Below the pieces are notes generated by a model. That model had not been told where the DNA came from. It ran no database searches and was given only the letters and a program-made list of their open reading frames with translations. A DNA stretch of 64,000 nt from Octopus sinensis. Lineage: Eukaryota. The translations under genes and the position numbers were made by a program. This document shows, one piece after another, positions 25,970-38,827 of the stretch. The DNA lies in the NCBI RefSeq assembly GCF_006345805.1, contig NC_042999.1, forward strand, positions 82,274,001 through 82,338,000, given 5' to 3'. Positions within the stretch are counted from its first letter, which is position 1; each line of letters starts with the position of its first letter.

Positions 25970-25970
<1 letters not shown>
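24304..25970 (+). repeat. Tandem duplication, period 854 bp (24304-25116 and 25158-25970), units bounded by (TA)n
   Basis: Near-identical copies; differences seen: CAAAATAAGG/CAAACTAAGG and AATTATCAAT/AATTGTCAAT. Confidence 0.97.
24628..25030. repeat. ~400 bp palindrome (MITE-like fold-back); second copy at 25482-25884
   Basis: AATAATTTACAAAATAAGGGCAAAA..TTTTGCCCTTATTTTGTAAATTATT; ~185 bp arms, ~15 nt central spacer, ~15 nt insert in the right arm. Confidence 0.95.
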
Positions 25971-26004
<34 letters not shown>

Positions 26005-26358
26005 GATGAGGTAAATATAACAATGTTAGCAATCAAATATGTATTCTTTATTCCAACATAAGACCTTGGGAACGGTTCTGAAATAAATGTTAACAGGTTT
26101 ATCATTTAAAAGAAAAGTTAGTTAGAAACTTGATACCATCATATGCAACACATGCTACTACATTATGTATGCCTACAGAAGCTTCCTTATACACCCCAAG
26201 GAATCATTTCACAGGTGAAATGCTTTTTTTACACTTTAGGAAGATCATTTGGTGGTAGGGTTTTCACTAGAAAGCAATTACTAAGATAAAGTTTGTAATC
26301 TTTTAATTTTATTTTCCGTATTATTTTCATGCTGTTATTTCTGACGGCACAAGTACAC

Positions 26359-26411
<53 letters not shown>

Positions 26412-26613
26412 TAATAATAATAATAATGATAATAAGAATAACAATAATAATAAGAAGAAGAAGGAGTAGAAGAAGAAGAAGAAGAAGAAGAAGAAGGAGA
26501 AGAAGAGAAGAAGAAGAAGAAGAAGAAGAAGGAGGAGGAGGAGAAGAAGGAGAAGAAGGAGAAGAAGAAGGAGAAGAAGAAGAAGAAGAAGAAGAAGAAG
26601 AAGAAGAAGAAGA
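26359..26613. repeat. Compound (AAT)n-(AAG/GAG)n microsatellite
   Basis: Direct reading. Confidence 0.97.
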
Positions 26614-26619
26614 AAACTG

Positions 26620-26818
26620 GAACAACAAAATATGAACGATGGCAAGAAAATCGCTTATAAGGCAAATATTGGGCTAAACTAATCAAAAAAGAAGTAGACA
26701 AAGTAAAATTGCAAGAATGGCTGAGAAATTCAGGATTAGAAGCAGAGACTGAAGGATATTTAATTGCAGTAGAAGATCAAAACCTCCCTACCACAAATCA
26801 CAAATCACTCATAATGTC
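26620..26818 (+). mobile_element. R4/Dong-type LINE internal fragment
   Basis: QEWLRNSGLEAETEGYLIAVEDQNLPT matches the post-RT TESxIxAAQDQAL motif also present at ~4170-4220. Confidence 0.8.
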
Positions 26819-27090
26819 TCTGGCCGCCAAGTTCTGGCTAAGAAAGAATATATTCACTGACACGACAGAGTTGGGGCTTATATACACGAGAGTTGGGTCT
26901 TATATGCTAACACTACGAAACAGAAAAAAAGATAGTATATGAACACCCCAGAAAATGAGAAGGCCTTCCTTTAATCTTGTTTTTTTCAATCACAAGTTCA
27001 TTAGTAAACTTTTTCGTTCTTTTCAGAGCAAATTACTATTTTCTTGATCAGATCGGTTCTGATGCTATACAACATCAATCAATAAAGACT

Positions 27091-27297
27091 AAGGCGGCGA
27101 TCTGGCAGAACTGTTACCACGCCAAGTATAATGCTTAACGGCATTTCGTCTGTGTTTATGTTTAAATTCTGCTAATGTCGACTTAGCTTTTCATCCTTTT
27201 GAGGTCGATAAAATAAGTCCCAGTAGAGCAGTGGAATCGATGTTTTCGATTTATCCACTCAATTACATTGCTGGCTTTGTGCCAAAATTTGAAGCCA
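27091..27297 (+). mobile_element. SINE family A
   Basis: Head AAGGCGGCGATCTGGCAGAA; body TTTCATCCTTTTGAGGTCGATAAAATAAGT; tail TTGTGCCAAAATTTGAA. Confidence 0.85.
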
Positions 27298-27434
27298 ATA
27301 ATGTGTGAAGAGTAAAATGAGATCTCATGGTGTTCATGCTATTATATGAACAAGAATATTTTCATAGTAAATTTTGAAGACCTGTTTTAACAACGAATGA
27401 AGGCGGAACTGAACACAGCAGAAAGAGTACTTAC

Positions 27435-27517
27435 CTTATTCTCAACACCACTCGTTTCAATTTTGCAAGCAATAGATACTGCGATTTCTTTATTTTTAGT
27501 TCTTCTTTGTATTACAT
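27435..27517 (-). CDS. Candidate 83-nt coding exon: DVIQRRTKNKEIAVSIACKIETSGVENK
   Basis: Strong donor AAG|GTAAGT, weak acceptor aaaccAG; phase 1 to 0 fits both neighbours. Confidence 0.3.
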
Positions 27518-28915
27518 CTGGTTTTGCTTAAGCGGAAGTACAGATATGGCATTTAGGCTTCTCATTCACTAAAAGCTTGTATAATTATAGGTTTGGCAAT
27601 TTCAATAAAAGCTTTTACCTTTTCCATCTATGTTCAGTTTTACTTTTCATTAGTTTAAATGCATACATGTATGATATAAACGATGTAAGATTTAATTAAA
27701 ATAGCTCGAATGGCAGAATCAAAATTGATACTAAAGTCTTTGTGGATAGTGTTCTCCTTAGAATAGATATGCCAGTGAAGATTTTCTATCTAGAAAGGCC
27801 ACATCTTAATTTACTTTATTCATATGTTTATTGTTATTTCATTTATTCTTTTTATTTCAGAAAACACACATTTTCAGTCTTACAGGAACTATATGAGGCA
27901 GTTTCGTTTCCTCTCCGAGTTCGTTTTCAGTCTATTGGAGCTAATAAATTACCGACAGCAGAGAAATTTGTACACCATGCATTTAATACATAGTCAATTG
28001 CATGACATTGACTGAAGAAAACAGTAATTTCGAAAATGTTTCATTTCTCATTTCATAAGCAGTTCACTGTGGTAAAGGTTACGCTGGCATTAAACGCAGA
28101 AAAATGTATGCCTCAAAATTTCTGCAAGTGTTATTTTCTCTATTTTCTTTTTAATTCAACAATTTTTTTGAAGTAGTGAATCTTCAAAAATTCTGAGATT
28201 ATTCACTTGCAACAAATAAGAAGAAACACGCTTAGATTTGTTTTATTAGTTAATCAGATTACTAACTTGAGGTGGCAAATTTGGGCATAGAAGAAAATTA
28301 CAGAATATATGCACACGTACATACGCCTATACGTACATACATATATATATGCATACACACACACACCGATATATACATGCACATATATACACATACAAAC
28401 ATTCATATATATGTGTATACATATGCACACTGACTCACACGCATGTGCACAAACAAACAAACAAAAACAGAGCTCCAACAACGGACAAAGTTAACGACTA
28501 TTGAAGCCGTTGCATTTATCTTAAATCATGCATGATTGGTTGCAAAATTAATAGAATGCTATGTAAAAATGCTAAGTACTCTCTAAGTCATTTCACGTAC
28601 AGAGTCTGAATTTGCGCAGTGTCAAATTTTATATTCATCCATTGCATTCGATTAAATTGGTAGCAGAGAACAACTGTAATAACTCTCTTTTCTAAAACTT
28701 GCGTGGTTGATCCTTATGGAGGAAATCCCTATTTTATTTTATAGAGAAGCATGAATTTAAACAGAAATATATAGTTTGTTTTTATTAAATTTAATGGTGC
28801 TAGATCTTGCTCAAAATTGTGGACACTAAAATAATCGTTTCAATACTGTTGTTGAAAGGCATTCGATCAAAACTTTTGAAGATGCAGTGTCATGAATTCC
28901 ACTGAAATAGATTAC

Positions 28916-28994
28916 CTTCGTTTTCAAAATGATAGAATTCCTCCTCATAATGAATCAAGAGAAATGCTACAAGTACTAAAATCCTTTGGGACAT
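28916..28994 (-). CDS. Candidate first coding segment, signal-peptide-like: MSQRILVLVAFLLIHYEEEFYHFENE
   Basis: ATG with an upstream in-frame stop, basic residue plus hydrophobic core, donor AAG|GTAATC, acceptor tacttcAG at ~29036. Confidence 0.3.
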
Positions 28995-30473
28995 ACCATA
29001 ATTTCATTACCTTTGCTTGATAGTATCCTCCCACACTGAAGTATTGCTAGTATTTCGCATAATGATGGTTATGTATATAGTGCAGGCAACAGATGAACAA
29101 GAAAATAAAAAAGCTAAAGGAATTCAACGAAATTCAATTCTAGATATGATGCAGAATTTAGAACCGATTGTGGTTTGCAAGATACAAGAAAAAGTAGGTT
29201 TGTGAATCCTTAACGAAAAGTTAGAATACAAAGTATTTTTGCTTTCTTTCCTAAAATATTATTAAGCTATTGATTGGATTTGCAGAGGAGGGTTTTAGCT
29301 AACCCTTGGCAGTCTCTTTACTAACGTCTTCGCACATTTATTTGATACTTCCTCAAAGACATTATTTATTCAGACTATGTTATGTAATGTTTTCTTCCCA
29401 ACTTTAAGACAGAACGAATATGGTAGAAGAATATGGATGCTATTTTCAAACTAGAAAACAGAGACACAGGCTGGAAGACATAATATGAGTGACTCGAGAA
29501 GCATAAAAGCTGATTGAAATATTTTGAGATATATGGAGCCTCGAAAGAACCCATAGAATTTTTTTTTAGGAAAGGAGAGCGAACACCACTCTTGTAGCGG
29601 TAGATTGGCAGAGGAAACAACCAAAATTTCTGCCAGGAAAACTTGTTGCTGGTTGGTGAGTGAATACATGCCAATCATTTCTAGTTAGTAGAGATAGTAA
29701 GACTAACGAAGAATCCTCTAGATAAGAGTAGGATTTGCTATAATTAGCAACCAAATTCATCTCCGTACACGCCCACAGTGGTAAAAGAAATAGAGATACT
29801 GTATAACGTAGCCCCAGGATTAGAAAAAAGAGGAAATGGTCAGGGTTGGTATGTCAATAGCCATAAATGCTTTCAACGGTGGTACAAAGAGGCATAATTG
29901 CAATTCTTAGACTGTAGCTATCATGGAGAATATTTGTTCTGGAATAAGATGGAACAAAGATTATCTGGATGGATATCCAAGAAGCTATAGAGTGGATGGA
30001 TAAATGGATGGATGGTTTAAAAAATGATCATTTATTCTCTCAAATGAATTATCTACAGGATCAATTGACAAGTGGCTTAATAATATATCATACACATACC
30101 CGCACACATACACAAAAAAAAAACACACACACATACACACACGCATACTGTAAGTATACGTGCGTGACACAGAATGTAACAAGGCTGGAACTTTGAATTG
30201 CATGTGTTCTCTTCTTGTCTACCAATTTCACTCACATGGTTTTGAGTGATCCATATCTATAGTAACAAAGCCTTCTCTAAGACCACAAGCAGTAGTACTA
30301 AATTTAGATGTCGAGATGTCATACCTACACCTAGAGAGCAAATTGATTACATGACACCACCACAAACTTCCCACACCCTCACAATATCGTGCTAGTAAGA
30401 GAACTCCTGTGCAGTTACTTGACCTGTTTCAAATAGCAATTAATTCTCCTTGAAATCATACACTATCATATCA

Positions 30474-30630
30474 GACGTCACTGGTGCCAGGTTGTATCGG
30501 CCATTGTCTTTCCATTTGATGACATCGGTGGCGTGGAGAGGGGTGTTGGTCTTCCCTAAAAAACCTTACCTCGAAGGGTAACGTTCTAGGTGCAATTCCA
30601 TGGTCATGGATGACCGAAGGGAAACTTTTA
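30474..30630 (+). mobile_element. 3' half of the SINE family seen at 43047-43375
   Basis: TCACTGGTGCCA..GGGTAAC.TTCTA.GTGCAAT..ATGGTCAT..ATGAC.GAAGGG is shared. Confidence 0.8.
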
Positions 30631-31142
30631 CCCTGTCTCAGAAAAGGACAAGTTGGGCATTTTGATCTTGGGTTCCCAGTACAGAAGGAAAGGGCTGGAT
30701 GGTCATGACTCGTATGTCTTTCATCACAGGTCGGATCTATAGGGTTTAGCATGGGGCTGACAACGACAATTAAACCAAATGAACTCACTAAAACAAAAAT
30801 AAATATAAAGATAAACTATGCCAAAAACCCACAAACTATGTTTACAATTATTCACTTCACACAACAGACAGAACACACGAATCAAAAATGACAGAGAATA
30901 ACACACGATACATATACATAACGACATTCACACAAAATATTTATGAGAATTTTTCTCACATACATACACACAAATAGTGCGTGTATGTGTGTGTGGGTGT
31001 ACACACACCTAAATATATATATATATATAAACACATATACGCATAATAGCATATATACATATATAGATACAGGTATATATATGTGTATATATATATATAT
31101 ATTACGCATATAAGCATATATACATATATAGATACAGGTATA

Positions 31143-31195
<53 letters not shown>

Positions 31196-31218
31196 CGCAT
31201 ATAAGCATATATATACAT

Positions 31219-31314
<96 letters not shown>

Positions 31315-32013
31315 TACAAATACATAGAGAATGTTCATAGAAAGCAATAAATAAAATATACAAAAATAGAAGCATATAATACACGTAAAATTGGAATCAT
31401 GCAAAAAACACGCATTTGAAACTGTGAAATCAAGAGAAATCACACATTCAAAATTTATGCAACAAACAACGCACAAAACATACAATTATGCAACAATCGA
31501 GGTAATCACAAGTACAAACACACACGCACAGACTACTCTCAACACGAAAACACTTGAAATCCACAAATCACACGCACGAAATACTATAAAACATAAAGTA
31601 TACAATATACTCACGCACATTTTTAAAAAATGCGTTCATGAACAACACATAAATGCACATATGCTCACATACCACACATAAAAATATCAACAACGGGAAT
31701 AGCAAACGCATTAGAAATACATCGCCGATAATACGCAAACAGAAGATGCAGTAACAGCACGCTCATAGAAAAAGACCTAGAAAATACTTAGAAAATCTTT
31801 AAGCATGCACATGGGGAACGTTGAACAAACAAATATATCTATATGATGGACGATAATCACAGAAGCATACAGAAACACAAAGCATAGTTGCACGTACATC
31901 GTAAACAAGAACAACGCAGAACCCATGCCACATATAAACACACAGAACATTATTGGTTGGACAATTTTTATGAAAATGAATGAAATTTTGCTGATAAGAA
32001 TTTAATTACGTAC

Positions 32014-32470
32014 TTCCTTTGAATTATCGATCAGTAATTTCGATCCCAAATATTTGCGATCGATTAGCTAAATATTGCAGAGCTGCAGCTACGCAATTAG
32101 ATAACGTTTTGGAGTGGCGATGATCAATGGTTCGGATCAATGAATCGAATCCTCATGCCACTACTCCATTGTATAAATTAAATATCCGAGGAATCTAAAT
32201 TTCAGATGTCCCGGTTCATCTTTCAGTAAATATGTACCGTAAACACGTAATCGAACAGCAAAAAAAAAATGATGAAATAGTCGATAGCTTGCATCCGGTT
32301 ATGGCTGCCGTGTTTTTGTCAAGGCTACTGTTCTTTGGAGTAGGAGAGATAGCAGGTCGTTTACATTCATCGGCTCATCTCACTGAGCAGCGAGAGCAAA
32401 ATATATATTAAGCTTGATTTTGATCACGCACAGAAGTAGTTTGTTAAAGTTTTGTGCTTGTGTGAATGCG
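32014..32470 (-). promoter_or_regulatory. CpG-enriched unique region: candidate promoter/non-coding first exon or enhancer
   Basis: Clustered ATCGAT/ATCAAT words; minus-strand TATATA..TCAGT near 32408-32383; donor GAA|GTACGT at 32013. Confidence 0.3.
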
Positions 32471-32927
32471 GTGGGGAGAATAAAAACGCTTCACTTTATA
32501 CTTCAAATAACAACATTAATGATAATATAAATGGAGAGCAGAGAGGTAAAATGACGAATAGTTGTGTCACGAAACATCATCAATTTTTTTTCTTTTATTC
32601 AAATTTGAAAATAAGAAAATAAACACTAAAGAGGATAATTATAATAAAGACTCTATTAGGCGAACAATGGTTGATTCGAATTCTATCACTAGTGTTATAC
32701 TGTGTTTTTAATAACACTTCTAATTAGATATAATTAGAAGAGGCTGCATAAATTTAAAGTTTCAACAGCAGTCTAAGTATAACGTCAAAATACTTTGATT
32801 AGAAGGCAAATGCAAAATTGTAGAATTTATTTCATTACTTTTGACACAGTTGCTGTATCAGTGAAATGATTATTCTTTCTCCTAAAAAAAATTATGATGT
32901 AGAAAAGCTTAAAGAAAGCAATTAAAG

Positions 32928-33338
32928 GTAGAGGTGTTGCTGAATGATAAGAAGTTCACTTTGCAACAACATGGTTCCGGATTCAGACCCAATGTATGGC
33001 AGATTAGGCAAGTGTCTTCTCTAAGCCCCGGACCGACCAAATTCTTGTGGATGGATTTGGTAAACGGAAACCGAAAGAAGCTCGTCATATAAATATATGT
33101 GAGTGTCTGTGTGTGTGTGTAAATGTATGTGTACGTACGTATACATCTGTGCGTATGTCTTTGCGTTTATGTTTGTCTACACCACCACCACTTACTTGAC
33201 ATCCGGTGATCGGCCAAAGAGGTAGACTGAATAAGTACAAGGGTAAAAATTTTGATGGGGGTCTATTTGTTCCACTAATCCCTTCAAGGCGCTGCCCCAG
33301 CATAGCCATAATCTAATGACTGAAACTAGTAAAAGAAA
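32928..33338 (+). mobile_element. SINE family B
   Basis: CATGGTTCCGGATTCAG, GGCAAGTGTCTTCT, internal TG tract, tail GCTGCCCCAGCATAGCC..ATGACTGAAAC. Confidence 0.85.
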
Positions 33339-33419
33339 ATTTAGCAGAAAGGAGTGGAAGTATCGAATGTAATGTAATGACGTGGTTGTTTTTCTGCATC
33401 ATCTATTTCCATATAATTT

Positions 33420-33770
33420 CCAAGAGGCAGAGTTAGAACTAACCAAACGGCGATAACAACAGAGTTTCTGCACAGAACAAAGACAAGAAAACACCATGAA
33501 TTTGATTCTACATCTGATGAAAGTCATCATAATATTCTTTGCCATATTGTACTGTGGACCCCAAGTCACAGAAACGCCAATGAAAGAGACACTTCTCATG
33601 GGACATATTGGCATACTGGACAATGTAATCCGAGATATGAAATACGACGTGATGACCACATTCAAAATGCACTTGATCATAGATCACTTCTATCACGGAT
33701 GACCTAGGGCTAAAGAACAATAGTGTCAATCTATTCCAGCTGAATGAACATGAAGTATCTGCCAGTTAAC
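33420..33770 (+). mobile_element. Possible RTE-X LINE 3' relic
   Basis: Translation ILCHIVLWTPSHRNAN resembles the LLWxPxHG motif of RTE-X C-termini. Confidence 0.35.
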
Positions 33771-34726
33771 ATATTACATCAACTTTGACAGGATAAGAAT
33801 GCTGAGGCATGCATCATACACTGGCTGTTTTTGCATTCGAAGCTCTACACTGAACGTTAGTTGATACTGAACGTTAGTTGTGTAATGTGCATGTTTCTCT
33901 CTCTCTGTTTGTGTTTGTCTCTCTGTGTGTGCGTGCGTACGCGAAACTGAAACAAAATACGCTTGTAGGAAATATATAAAAAAAGGAATATTTCCTTTCT
34001 CATATAGCTTAAACATTTGCATGTAATTTACTAGAAAAAGGAAATACAGCATGGACATGTCTCCCTCATTTGTGGTAATAAATACATCTTTAAATGACAT
34101 ATGCAACGAACAGCTGAAGAATTAGTTTGCAAACCAAAAGTATTAGAGGCCTTAATATTGTACTATTTACTACGTACTTGAAGTTAATATCTTAATATGA
34201 CACTTATGGACACATTAATTCGAACATAACCTCCAACAGGTACAAACACACATATAAATTGATGAATTAAATTATCGCTTATGCCTTTTTGCTTTGTGTT
34301 TATGTATGTGCGTGTGCATGCGTGTGCATGCGTGTGCATGTGTGTGTTAACATGTAATATAAATTATATTTAATGAAGGAATCCAGTTTTAAGCTGATTT
34401 CGATCTTATTTCACAAGAAGCGGTGTGAACACCAGTGTTCTTCCTTGATAAAATTTGCATATTCCGTCAATGCCGTTAAGGAGTTCAGTAACCTGAAAAA
34501 TCTGATTTGCATAATTAACACTTTCCTGGCAGATATGTCAACCTATTAACTATTAATTCACTCATTTGCTTACATTTGTGCAATGTAGTAGATTACACAT
34601 GCCATATCGCCTAAAACTTGTACTGCTACAACAGACAAACTGTACAGTGGATTTCCATTTTCAAAAACACACTACCCGTGTATCAATTATATATACATAC
34701 ATATGTGTGTGCGTGTGTGTGTGTTT

Positions 34727-34768
<42 letters not shown>

Positions 34769-34980
34769 AAATATATAGTGATTTCGAAGTTTACGCCTGT
34801 TACTCGTTATAGAACAGTTTACTAAAGGCTAGCAGACCAAAGCTTCAAAATCACTGATCTTCTTCTAAATGCATAATAAATGTGTATTCTACAAAAAATT
34901 GAATTATTCAGCAGTTCAACATAAAATCGTTTTTATTCCAACTCGAAAAAAGAATAACTATTAATATTATGCGTATATAC

Positions 34981-35188
34981 AAGGCAGAAGAATCGTTAGC
35001 ACGGCGAGCAAAATGCTTAGGCGGATTTCGTCCGTTTTCAGGTTCTCATTTCGAATTCCACGGATGTCGAGCTTGCCTTTCAACCTTTCGGTGTCAATAA
35101 AATAAATACGAGTTGAGCGCCGGAGTCAACGTAATCGACCTACTCCTTGCCCGCACTTGATGACCTTGTGCCAAAATTTGAAGTCAAT
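34981..35188 (+). mobile_element. SINE family A
   Basis: AATCGTTAGCACGGCGAGCAAAATGCTTAG..GCCTTTCAACCTTTCGGTGTCAATAAAAT..CTTGTGCCAAAATTTGAA. Confidence 0.85.
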
Positions 35189-35229
35189 ATATGCGTACAT
35201 ATATATATGTATTGTTGTATTGTTATTTT

Positions 35230-35395
35230 TCTTATATTTGTTTCAATCATTTGACTGCAGCCATTGCTTTGTAAGCGTAGTACTTATTCTATCGGACTCT
35301 TTTGTCGAACTGCTAAGTTACGGGGATGTAAGCACACCAACATTCGTTGTCAAGCGATGATAGAGGCACAAACACAGATACAAACATATGCATAT
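35230..35395 (-). mobile_element. SINE family B, 3' half
   Basis: TTTCAATCATTTGACTGCAGCCAT..TACTTATTCTATCGG..GCTAAGTTACGGGGA. Confidence 0.85.
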
Positions 35396-35417
35396 ATACA
35401 TATATATATAGAGAGAG

Positions 35418-35495
<78 letters not shown>

Positions 35496-35517
35496 GTATA
35501 TATATATACAAAATGTG

Positions 35518-35708
35518 ACCGCGTGTGTACCGTTGGCGATTTGTTTTCCTCTGTCTTCCCTTCTCTGGATCTTTCCTTCTCCTATGTTTCCGACGAAGAG
35601 CTCCGCTCGAAACGTTAAATTCTCCTTCTTCCCTTCCTTCCTGAGCGTCCAATAATACTATATTTGTTCCACGTCCTCGCGTTGTTGTGTTTTCGTATTT
35701 GGATTAAC

Positions 35709-35710
<2 letters not shown>
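35518..35710 (+). mobile_element. Third PLE-type pLTR with a minimal hammerhead at 35586-35621
   Basis: GTTT-CCGACGA-A-GAGC-TCC-GCTC-GAAA-CG-TT-AAAT; pyrimidine-rich flanks; bounded by microsatellites. Confidence 0.7.
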
Positions 35711-35749
<39 letters not shown>

Positions 35750-36182
35750 CCACCTCGGCGATATTTGCACTGAGATCGCAGACAGCCAAAGCTAAAACCT
35801 TACGCCGATCGAACGACGTGGTCAATTAACAACGCACATAAAACCTTTATAATTACATACATACATACATACATGCATACATACATACATACATGCATAC
35901 ATACATACATACATGCATTGTTTATCTTAATATAGATCATTATGTCGCGCACATGGTTGTGATGCATGTGTCTGTTGTACCATAATCAGACGGGTAGTCA
36001 TGATGGGTATACTGGGCATCGCCTATTTTACCCCCAGTGTCACTTTGATAGCATGCACTGCTCTCACATGCATACAAATTGTTTATATTAACTACATCCC
36101 AAAGATGGAGCCTTGTATCTTTGTTGAAAACCGACCCCTTCTCAGTCGAAGATTTATAATAATAAAAAATTAGATGAGATAT

Positions 36183-36265
<83 letters not shown>

Positions 36266-36271
36266 CACATA

Positions 36272-36307
<36 letters not shown>

Positions 36308-36351
36308 TGTATCGTACATACATATATATACATGCATACACACGTACGTGC

Positions 36352-36411
<60 letters not shown>

Positions 36412-36494
36412 ATAGATAGATAGAAAGATAGAGAGATAGATAGATAGATACATACATACATACATACATACATACATACATACATACATACATA

Positions 36495-37748
36495 CAGGGG
36501 CTGGACAAAATAATAGAAACACCTTAAAATTTCAAACCAATTATTTTTAAAATATGGGTTAGGACCGCCATTGGCAGTAATTACAGCTTGAATTCTACGA
36601 TGTATGGACTCGTACAAAGTTTGACATGTCTCCAAAGGAATTTTTGTCCATTCTTCAGCTAAAACAGTCTCCAGTTCTTCTAGTGATGATGTTGGTGGAT
36701 ATCGACTCCTTACTTGTTTTTCTAAAATGCACCATAAATGTTCAATAATACAGAGATCTGGGAACTGTGGTGGCCAGATAGGATGTTCAACTTCACAAGG
36801 ATGTTCCTCGTGCCACTCAGTAATAACTTTAGTTGTGTGATTTGGTGCATTATCTTTCTGAAAGATTGCGTTTCCATCCGGAAATAATTCCGCAACCATA
36901 GGATGAATTTGATTAGATAAAATGCTTAAATAGTCTTCGCTATTAATTCTGCCATGAAGGGAAACCATTGGGCTGGCATATTTCCAAGATATAGCCTCCC
37001 CCCCCCCATCATCACAGATCCTCCTCCATGTTTAACAGTCGGAAGAAGGTAGTCTAGGTCAAATGCTTCTTTTGGCTGTCTCCACACGTATACTCGGCCG
37101 GTGGTCGGAAATAAGATAAAGGATGACTCATCCGAGAACATAACATTCTTTCACTGTTCTAGGGACCAATTCTATAGGTTTTTACTCCACTCCAAACGCT
37201 TTGCAACATTTGCTTTTGAAAGTACTATTTTCTGATTGCAGTCCTCCCATAAAATCCGGCTTTTGTGCAGCTCCCAGTGAACAGTTTTTCTGAAAAGTTG
37301 GTTCTCGAAGTGGTGATTAAGCTCTGCAATAATTTTGGGAGATGTACTTTTGTGATCCTTTCTAACAATTCACGTAAGAAAGTTTTGGTTATCTTCCGGA
37401 GTTTTATTTCGACAAGGAGGTTTTTCCCTCTTTCTCAAAGACTGTCATTACTTTCGAGGCAGTACTTCTTGATACACCAAACATTTCGGCTGTTTTCGAT
37501 ACAAACAATTTGACCTCTTTGAAAGTCCGATAGATCTGTCATTTTAATGAATTTTAATTACCTTTTTCTGGTGACATCTGAAAAGAAACAGCAATTTTAG
37601 CAAAACATATTAAGCAACATTAATAATAATAAATCAAATACTAATAAATCAAAAACATTAAAATAAAGAAGTTTTTGACGGTTTTATAGATACTTCCAAA
37701 TTATGATCTTATGATGCTAAGAGTTTCAATTATTTTGTCCAACCCCTG
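36495..37748 (-). mobile_element. Tc1-like (DD34E-type) DNA transposon with both TIRs and TA TSD; transposase frameshifted and internally deleted
   Basis: TA-CAGGGGCTGGACAAAATAATAGAAAC..GTTTCAATTATTTTGTCCAACCCCTG-TA; motifs FSDES, TVKHGGGSVM, FQKDNAP, WPPQFPDLCIIEHLW. Confidence 0.96.
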
Positions 37749-37755
37749 TAGATAT

Positions 37756-37790
37756 ACTGGCAGAGGTACCCGGCGTTTCCAGATAAATTC
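37756..37790 (-). mobile_element. Degenerate Helitron 3' terminus; body extent unknown
   Basis: ACTGGCAGAGGTACCCGGCGTTTCC parallels ACTAGCAGTATCGCCCGGCGTTGTTCGGG at 46991. Confidence 0.5.
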
Positions 37791-38827
37791 AGAATGCATG
37801 TACAGAGGACGAATATATATAGAAACATTTAAGTTGTGTGTGTATGTGTGAGTGTGTGTGTGTGTAAGTGTATGTGTGTAAGTGTGTCATATAAACTAAA
37901 TTAATGTACAAGCTTATATCTTTCCATATAATTCTTTTTTTTTTGGCATATACTTGTTATTGCAATATAGTATGCAAATTTTTGGAAACAGCAATTTTGT
38001 TAACCATAAGTTTGTAATACAAGGAAATATCTTTATTTTATAATTTCTGTATTTTCTTGTAATTCGAAACAGATGCCATTCTAAGAGAAATGTTTATAGA
38101 TAGTAAAAAGCTCTGAGGAAAATATTTCCTGTTGTACTGTTTTGTGCTTTGATGAACAGATGACTGCTTTCTCAAAAACACGAGTATATAACATATAACT
38201 GATATAATCAGACGAAAAACTTTAATTTGTTCAGTTGAACTTCAATATATCTGAAAGACTGTATCTGTTAGTTGCTAATGGTGGTAGTAAAATATATTGC
38301 TACTAGAAATTAAAGGTCTTTGAACTGAAATAGCGTTTTAATGAGAGTAGTGGTAGAAGTACATAGGATGAAAACACCCCCCCCCCTTGGTACAACCAAT
38401 CAAAATACCGGCTTGATTAGCAGGATTATAAAAATTTTGACATTTAATCTTATACCGTAGCATAATTTTAATTCACTCAAATTTCATAGCAACATAATGG
38501 GTGTTCCTACTTGTATTTGTAGATAGTAAGGTAAACGCCAGTGGGCTGAAAATAATTGAGAAACGTTGTCTGATCATTAGCAGATTCGTTAAAGTAAACA
38601 ATATTGTAACCTGAATTGTGCCATTGGACTCGGCTGACAGATAGTTGCTTTCATGTCCTACGTAAAATTTCATTTTGAGGAGAATGTCTGGAACGTTCAG
38701 GACAAACTTTCAAAAGCATTTCTCCAGATTTATTGCTGACTAATCAGATCATTTTCATTTTTGCATTCCAATATTTCCACTCGCAGTGAAAGCCGGCAGC
38801 TGATCATTGACCGAAATTATTTTAATT

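Noticed and set aside
32110-32168. SECIS or known pre-miRNA
   Set aside because: ATGA..GA is present on the minus strand, but helix II pairs poorly and there is no apical AA. No mature miRNA recognised.
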